A stretch of DNA of 63,155 bases, the filler included, from Reclinomonas americana ATCC 50394 (lineage: Eukaryota): assembly GCA_048213135.1 (NCBI GenBank). It is 12 parts of 12 records of this genome, joined end to end, with 100 filler letters (N's around TTAATTAATTAA, not from the genome) between each part and the next. Parts side by side here need not be neighbours in the genome. Positions count along the whole stretch, not along the records: positions 50,960 to 55,818 come from AFZH01019703.1; positions 55,919 to 59,110 come from AFZH01019704.1; positions 59,211 to 61,035 come from AFZH01019707.1; positions 61,136 to 63,155 come from AFZH01019708.1; 8 more parts are not named here. One strand, written 5' to 3'. The notes below the pieces were generated by a model. It saw only the letters and a program-made list of their open reading frames with translations, did no database searches and was not told the DNA's origin. Position 1 is the first letter of the stretch, and every line of letters begins with the position of its first letter. This document shows, one piece after another, positions 52,104-63,155 of this stretch. A program made the position numbers and the translations under genes.

Positions 52104-54702
52104 ATGGTGCAGAGGGGGACTACGAAGCGTGAAATGGAAGCAGAACGCAGCCCACCCGTTTTCGCGACGGTGTACGTCCTCGATGACAAGGACTACGTGC
52201 TGGAGCCTTGGAGTTCGAAGGTGTTCCACCATGGCGATATTCAAGTGCAAGCCTGCAGCAGCAACTACTACCGCCTTGATATGAAGGGCGAAGGCATCTG
52301 CGGGGGAGTGTACGCCATCCTTGCCAAATTCGACAAGCCCCCAACAACGCTGGGCGTGGGAGTTGATCTAACCACGAAATCTTTTCGCGATCGCCCGTTC
52401 ACCAAGGTGGGTCACAGTCCTCATCATCATCCATACGTCCGCTCTCTTCTCTATCTTATGTTCTCACTGATCCATGGTTGCAGAACGTGGCCGTTCTGCG
52501 CCTCTCGTCAACTTGTGCACTCTTTGTGTGGGCCGCCTATGACAAGCAGCCACGTGCGGGTCATTTTGTGGTGCACGGAGACAACGGTGTCGGCAGCTGG
52601 GGATGCATCATCATCGCTTCGAGTATCAAGCCGAGTGAGACGGATGTACGCAAGGATCCTGAGTTCCTCAGCCTCAAAGAGTCGATTACATCGCCAGAGG
52701 TAGCCGCGAAGGCTGGCGAGTTTGCAATCCGATTCTGCAACTTGCGCAACGGCGATGCGATGGTTCTCCCGCATCCGGCCATGGATGACTCTGATCGGCG
52801 CATCCACTGCAAGAACACCGAGATGTTGAACGGCCGAGATCACTTTTCTCGGCGCTGGTTCGAATACGTCAAGCTGGCGTTTTCGGACTTTGCGCTCTAC
52901 GACCTTCAGGACCCGGATATCCTTGGCGATGACGCCGACGAGCAGGAGGTGGATATCGCTGACTTGCACATGTGCCCATTCAAGTTCGATGTCGTGGAGC
53001 GTGCGGATCCGGATCCGGAGACGGCGCGAGTGCAACAGGCCAAAGTCCGGAGGCGCCACTCGAGCGGCAACGCCCGCGGCGGCGCAACGCTGCAGTCAGC
53101 GCAGCGTAAGAGTCGAAGATCTTCCGACGCTGCTGCCAACGCTGAGAAGCGGTCGAGCTCGAGGCGAACGAGCGCTTCCGTGCGCATGCCCGGACATACT
53201 GTCGCTTCCTTTAGCACCGATCGCGATGACGACGAGGACAGTGATGCCGACGACGACGACGAGGAGGAGGAGGAGGAGGACGCTCCACGTCCGAAGTCCA
53301 TCCGCAAGCGGCCGCGAGAGGGGGACGTGGTGATGGCTCCAGTCCCTGATCAACGGCCGACAAAACTGGCGAAAGCCAGTGATGGTCGTCGCTCGGCCGC
53401 AACCACGCCAGCTCCATCGCTGCATCAACGACAATCGCCAAGTGGAGCTTCGTACGCGACGAACCCGAGTCCGCGTATGCTGCCAGACTACCCCGCGACC
53501 GAGTACCCAGATGCGGAACCGGGTTTCATGTCGCAAGACTTCGAGTATACGTATCCCTCACCGCCCCGTGCACCGCCGCCGAAGCTGTCGCCGGCGCACC
53601 ACACGGCCGGTGGCCAAGTGGTCCAACATTGCCATGACCGCCCCGCGAGTGCTCCAGCGCCATTGATGGCTGCTATCCCGAATCCGGGTGGTTCGGCCCT
53701 AGCTCCAGTTGTCGATCGATTCCGGTCGTTCGAATTCACCACCGGCAATGGCAGCGCATCTGCTCGTGCTCCCCAGTCGCCGTCTGCGCCCACCCGCCCA
53801 TCGATATCTCCTCCGCCACCACCGCCTCCGCCGCCTCCGCCGCCTCCTCCTCCACCGCCGGCGGCACCCGCTGCCGCGAATGCGTTTCCGCCGATGCGCC
53901 AGCATGCATATGTCCAGCCGCCAGCGCGTATCGATCGTGATGACGACGTGGTCGTGACATTGGTCGACTCGGCGTTGCATCCGTTGCCTGCCGACGGTTC
54001 GCTGCCTGCCGACTACGCTTCTCATGGCGAGTCACACTGCGCTGGGCGTTCGGTACTGCTCCACGTACTGTCCACGTATGCAGCCGCCACTGAGAGCATT
54101 TGGGTCGTTCTGGAAGCGTACGGCAACCGAGGCCAGCAGCAGCAGGTCGCCTATCTGGGCAGCCGCGCCCCCGAATACGCCAATGCGTTGTATGCTGCGC
54201 TGCTCGACTTCACGGTCACCGTGGTGATTGCTGCGCCGAACCGGGACACGGCGCAGCTGGATGTGCACCCCGTCGCGATGGCCAATTTGCACCAACGCGC
54301 TCTGCCCGTGGTGGCACTCTACGAGTACCCCGATGCACGCACGCGGATTCCCAGTTCGTTTGAGGAAGGTTCGTTCGTTCGCACCGTGGTGCTGCACAAG
54401 ATACTCGCACAATATCGATCGACGCTGATGCCTTACCGAACGCAGTTCCGTCCGTGCCAATGGCGGCAATGGTGAACGTGGACACGGACCTCAGTCGCTT
54501 GCTGCAGCGATATGCGACCGACTGGAAGATCTACCGCCATTGCGCCACCGAAGGCAAGGGAGGTCCGACCCTTGTCCGCCACCCGAACACCGGCGCTGTC
54601 GACGCTGACAAGCTGGCCTACGAGCTTCGCACGAGCCGCAATGTCGCCGTCGCGGTGCAGTGGCGGATCTACGCTGTTCGCGAGCGTCCTTCTCTGCAGT
54701 AG
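52104..54702 (+). CDS. Hypothetical protein: globular N-terminal region, acidic/basic and poly-Pro linker, globular C-terminal region
   Basis: ATG at 52104; intron 52408-52483 joins ORF 51816-52703 to the 665-aa ORF 52478-54475; intron 54369-54445 (GTTCGT...GCTGAT...CAG) joins it to ORF 54454-54702. Confidence 0.7.
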
Positions 54703-55150
54703 CAGTTCGTACCAGTCGCCCTTCAACCTGCTCGCAGTGGTGTTCTTGTGCTGCGGCAACAGTGAGAAACGCGCAATGCGCGTACAATAAAAATCGTGTT
54801 GTGTTCGAATCGGAGCCGGGAACACTGCACCCCAACTCTTCAGGTTGTCTTATCCCAAACCAGTTACATGAGCCGTGGTCTCTCGCACTGCACAGAAACG
54901 TCACCGTTCGTTGTTTTGACGCCTCAGTTTTTCATCCTCACTTCATATGCAACAACAACAACAATTCATTCGCCAACAAACAAGCAACAGCTGTCTTTGG
55001 TCATCGTTGCACGGAGGTGTTACTGCAGATTTTAACTAACAGTCCTGACCTGCCATCCTGGGTGCCTTGCCAAGTGATCAAAGTTTCATGGACGGAAGCG
55101 TACAAGAATACGAACACACAGGACACACTCGAGTACTCGGTATTGCCCAG

Positions 55151-55183
<33 letters not shown>

Positions 55184-55213
55184 GAGACGAAGAAGACGAG
55201 GACGAAGGAGAGC

Positions 55214-55918
55214 ATGTCAGCAGGCAGCCGCGCGGCCGGCGGATCCGCGGCCATCTCCTCCTTTGCCAGCCCGCTCTCTCGTGCACCCCAGCAACAACAA
55301 CAAGCACCCATGACCACAACAACAACACCAACAACAACAGTGACAGCGAGTTACATGCGCGGAGGAGTAAGCGACCTCCTCGCACGCTCCTCTCTCGCCA
55401 CCTCCAGTGCAGGAGGAGGAGGCACTGCGGTTCCGGGTCTGCGCGGAGGAGATGCGGTGTTTGTCGTGTTGGAGACGACAGTGTATCCGCCTCCGTCGCC
55501 TGTCGCGCCTACTACTGCGTCTGTTGCTGCATCAGTGGCAGGCGGAGGAGGAGGAGGAGCTGCAGCAGTGCAGGATGCATTGGTGTGTGTGTGTGAGAGA
55601 AAGTGGAAGTGTGTGTGTGTTGCACTCTCTGTTGCTCTATCTCTTGTGCTCTCTCTTGTGCACTCTCGCGCGCTCTCTTGCACACTCTCTTGCACTCTGT
55701 TGCATGCATTGATCAATCACTGTCATTGGAGTCGCGATTGACTGCACTGTCACCAACTCACTCTCTCACTCTCACTCTTTCTCACTCTTTCTCACTCTTT
55801 CTCTCACTCTCTCACTTTNNNNNNNNNNNNNNNNNNNNNNNNNNNNNNNNNNNNNNNNNNNNTTAATTAATTAANNNNNNNNNNNNNNNNNNNNNNNNNN
55901 NNNNNNNNNNNNNNNNNN

Positions 55919-56001
<83 letters not shown>

Positions 56002-58724
56002 CTCTCTCCCTTCTCTCTATCCCACTCCCCCACCTCCCACCCTTCATACTCTGTCATTGGAGTCGCGATTGACTGCAGTCTCTCTCTCTCTCACACTCAC
56101 TCTCTCTCACTCTCTCTCTCTCTCTCTCTCATCTGCGTCCGCGCAGGTGGCACCACACAGTGTGTCACTCTCTTGGCAAGCCGCCATGCATGCCTTTGGT
56201 GGTCGATGCATGGTGCAGTTCCCGGAGTTGGCCCTCCCACGTGAGTGATCCCTCGCCTCCCCTCTCACTCTCACTCTAACCTCTCTGATCTCCTCCTCCA
56301 CTCCCCAGGCTTTGAGAGCAGTCGCAATGTCGACTCGCTGTACACTGCGCACGTCTGGCACATGGAGATTGTGAAAGAGGGCAGTGGCAGTGGCGCAGGA
56401 GGTGCCGATGGCGAGTCGGCATCGGTGTACGATCGCGACTGGATCCTGTACGGGCAGGTCTGTGGCCACGCGTGCAGACGAGTGTGTCTGGGTCTCTCTC
56501 ATCGATCGCTGCGCACCTGTACACAGTCGCTGCGATTGCGCAACGCCGATGGCCAGTACATTTGTGTGCGCCGAGTGCCATCTGGTGCGGTGCTTCCCTC
56601 TTGCGAAGTCTCTCGTTGTGTGTGTGCGTGGCTCACGTGCAGCTCGCAGGCGATGAGGGCATGTCGGTGTTTCTGACCCCGCAGGTGGAGGAGGCCGGCA
56701 CATTTCACATCCAGCCGTCCTCGAAGACGCGCAAGATTGGTTCGTGGGGGAGGGAAAGAGTGTTGCTCCCCGTCACGTCCTCCATCTGCGTTCTCTCTGA
56801 TACTCGCTTCTTCGGTCTCCTCGTTTCTCTGTGTCTCTACTCAACATTGTCCACATCTTCCTTCGCTCACTCTGAGTCCACGCGCTGCTTTGGTCTCGGT
56901 TCTCTGCATCTCTTCCCAACGCTCTTCGCGTTATTCTTCGCTCACTTCCAAGTCCACACGATTGATTGTTTTTCTCGGCTCACCACTGTCCATGTCGTCC
57001 TTCACTCACTCCAAGCCTAGGGCATTGTACCCTTTTCTCGCTTTGATACTTTCTGTCTCCACTCACGATTACTGTGCATGGCTCTTTGGCCTCCCTCTTT
57101 ATTACCTATCGTCAGTCACTCGGTTGTCCATATCTTCTGCGCTCACTCCAAGCCTAGGGCATTTTACCCTTCTCTCGCTTTGATTCATTCTGTCTCCACT
57201 CACGATTACTGTGCATGGCTCTTTGGCCTCTCGCTCCATTACCTATCGTCAGTCACCACTGTCCATATCTTCTTCGCTTACTCTGAGACTTGGGCAATTT
57301 ACCATTCTCTCGCTTCGATGCTGCCTGTCTCCACTCACGATTACTACGCATGGCTCTTTGGCCTCTCGCTCCTTTACCTATCGTCAGTCACTCGCCTGTC
57401 CGAGCCCCCACTACTGCGCCTTTTCCCATGTCTTTTTCGCGCAAGGGGCTCCTTCTGCGCCTTGCTCTCTCCATCCTGTCCTCTCTTTTTCTCCACCCCT
57501 ACTCCTCCCCTTTGCGATTGCTGGCTCTGCATTCCTCACTCTCGTTGATTATCCCCCTTTTATCGCCACCCGTTTAGCCTTCTTCTCATCTCCCTTCTCA
57601 TCCTTCTCCCCCCTTCCCCAGGCAACCGCGTGCTGCAGGGCGACACGGTGCTCCTCCTCAACACCAACACTCGACTGTACCTGAACGCACATCGTCCGCG
57701 CCAGGGACCCGATGGTGTCGACCTGGGCCTGCCGACTCTCGACGGAAAAACCGTCGTCGCTGGCCTAAAAGACGAGTGCCGATGGCGCCTCGTCTCCACG
57801 ACGTTGCGTATCGGCCTTTCCTCCCCGTCTTCTCCCGCCACTCATTCCCCGCCTCTCCACGCAGTGCCATCCGCGACTCGCGCCTCTCCGACACTGGTGC
57901 CGGCGGTGAAGACGAAGACCGCATTCTGCGCGCCGGCGACATGATTGTGCTGCGCAGTGCGGCCTTTGGTGCGCAGCGCTCGGCGTTTGAGGACGACAAT
58001 CGCACCGCCGAGGTTTTGACCGCCCGAGCTCTCTGTTCTCTCTTCCTCAATTCATCTCATCTCCGTTTCATGTAACAGCGGCGCGACGCGGACGTGGTCA
58101 ACTCCTTCCTCCTGTCACTGCCGCCGTCGGATCCGGCCACCTCGGAGGTGGTATTCCCGCCCCTCTTGCCACCCTTTGTGGATGTTGCGTCACTCGCGAG
58201 GTGCGCCAAAAGAGTACCGCCGGTGTTTCTGACAGATCCACTGTCGTGTAGAGCGGTGGTTCGGTCTACTTTTCCGGTCTCAGCGACCAGGTTCTGGGCG
58301 ACGGCGATCACCCGCACCCGGTGCTTGTCGAACCGCGGCCGTCGATTGAGGAGCTGCGACGTGACTTTGTGCAAGGGCACAGCAGTGCCGATGAGGCGGC
58401 AGCGGCTACAGGTTTGTGCGGAGAGTGACTGCCTTCGATGACTCCTCTCCCGTCTGACAACAATCTCTCCGTGAGCAGCTCAAGCGCAGTTTCTGGGGCG
58501 CCTGCCCGATCTGTGGGAAGTTGAAACTGTACGCGGAGACGGTTCGCAGCGCGCGCGCGCGCGTAAATGTCTGCCCGAGTGCACTCTGTGCTGATCGTCA
58601 ATCGCTGCAGGTGGCTCACTGACTTGGGAAACCCGAGTGCGCTTGCGGCACTTTGCCAGCGGGCTGTACCTCGCTATGCGTCCGGATCAGGTCGACAAGA
58701 TTGCACCGCTGAACGCCGACGGAG
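55214..58724 (+). CDS. N-terminal beta-trefoil/MIR region of an IP3-receptor/ryanodine-receptor-like channel (3' part missing)
   Basis: Spliced exons give ILYGQSLRLRNADGQYI, FHIQPSSKTRKIGNRVLQGDTVLLLNTNTRLYL, ILRAGDMIVLRS and LWEVETVRGDG...LTWETRVRLRHFASGLYLA, which is the MIR-repeat pattern of IP3R/RyR N-termini. Confidence 0.75.
56980..57400. repeat. Three ~136-nt tandem repeats in an intron of the IP3R-like gene
   Basis: TGTCTCCACTCACGATTACT..GCATGGCTCTTTGGCCTC...TTACCTATCGTCAGTCAC at ~57054, ~57191 and ~57326. Confidence 0.9.
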
Positions 58725-58789
58725 GTCTGTGTTGTGAGACTCTTGTGGTGATTGAGACTGCTGTTTCATGTCTCGTTCCTTGCGTCTTC

Positions 58790-59095
58790 TCCCACTTGCG
58801 TCTTCCCCCACTTCCTCGCTTGTGTCTCCCCCACTTCGTGTCTCCCCCCATTCTTTTCCCCCATTCCCTTCCCCCATTCCCTTCCCCCACTTGCGTCTCC
58901 CCACCTGCGTCTCCCCCCACTTCGTCTCCCCCCACTTGCGTCTCCCCCCACTTGCGTCTCCCCCACTTGCGTCTCCCCCACTTGCGTCTCCCCCCACTTG
59001 CGTCTCCCCACTTGCGTCCCCCCACTTGCGTCTCCCCACTTGCGTCCCCCCACTTGCGTCTCCCACTTGCGTCTCCCCACTTCGTCTCCCCCATT
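58790..59095. repeat. ~14-15 nt minisatellite (CCCCCACTTGCGTCT)n
   Basis: More than 15 head-to-tail copies with variable C-run length, running up to a gap. Confidence 0.95.
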
Positions 59096-59222
59096 CCCTT
59101 CCCCCCCATTNNNNNNNNNNNNNNNNNNNNNNNNNNNNNNNNNNNNNNNNNNNNTTAATTAATTAANNNNNNNNNNNNNNNNNNNNNNNNNNNNNNNNNN
59201 NNNNNNNNNNGAAAAAGTCTCA

Positions 59223-63155
<3,933 letters not shown>

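Noticed and set aside
54421..54475. Apparent programmed -1 frameshift between ORFs 52478-54475 and 54454-54702
   Set aside because: Explained by an ordinary GT-AG intron at 54369-54445 with a branch-point-like GCTGAT.
55720..56076. TGTCATTGGAGTCGCGATTGACTGCA repeated on both sides of a gap as transposon ends
   Set aside because: Direct orientation within a low-complexity intron, with no TIR, TSD or transposase evidence; more likely a local tandem repeat or contig-end redundancy.
56980..59095. CRISPR-like look of the regular repeats
   Set aside because: Units are head-to-tail with no unique spacers, lie in eukaryotic introns, and no cas genes are present.

Overview
GC-rich, intron-dense eukaryotic (protist-like) nuclear DNA, broken by eleven artificial 100-nt N/TTAATTAATTAA/N spacers. 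Gene models were rebuilt by hand from splice sites and motif recognition; no database search was run. In order: a Crinkler/RHS-like NTPase-nuclease gene, a VAMP7-like longin SNARE, a head-to-head pair of WD40 genes, a probable CENP-P, a CAMK-type kinase fused to ARM-like repeats and SPRY, a degenerate myosin-motor protein, MORN2-like, a ~21 kb beta-helix/PMP-repeat multi-pass membrane protein, two hypothetical genes, the N-terminus of an IP3/ryanodine-receptor-like channel, and part of PRP8. Two things stand out. (1) PRP8 carries at least three different LAGLIDADG-type inteins, none at the classic fungal PRP8-a site, which is empty and has a spliceosomal intron 4 nt away. (2) About 20 introns across six genes use a register-shifted 5' splice site, GTTGCG(T), almost always without G at exon position -1.
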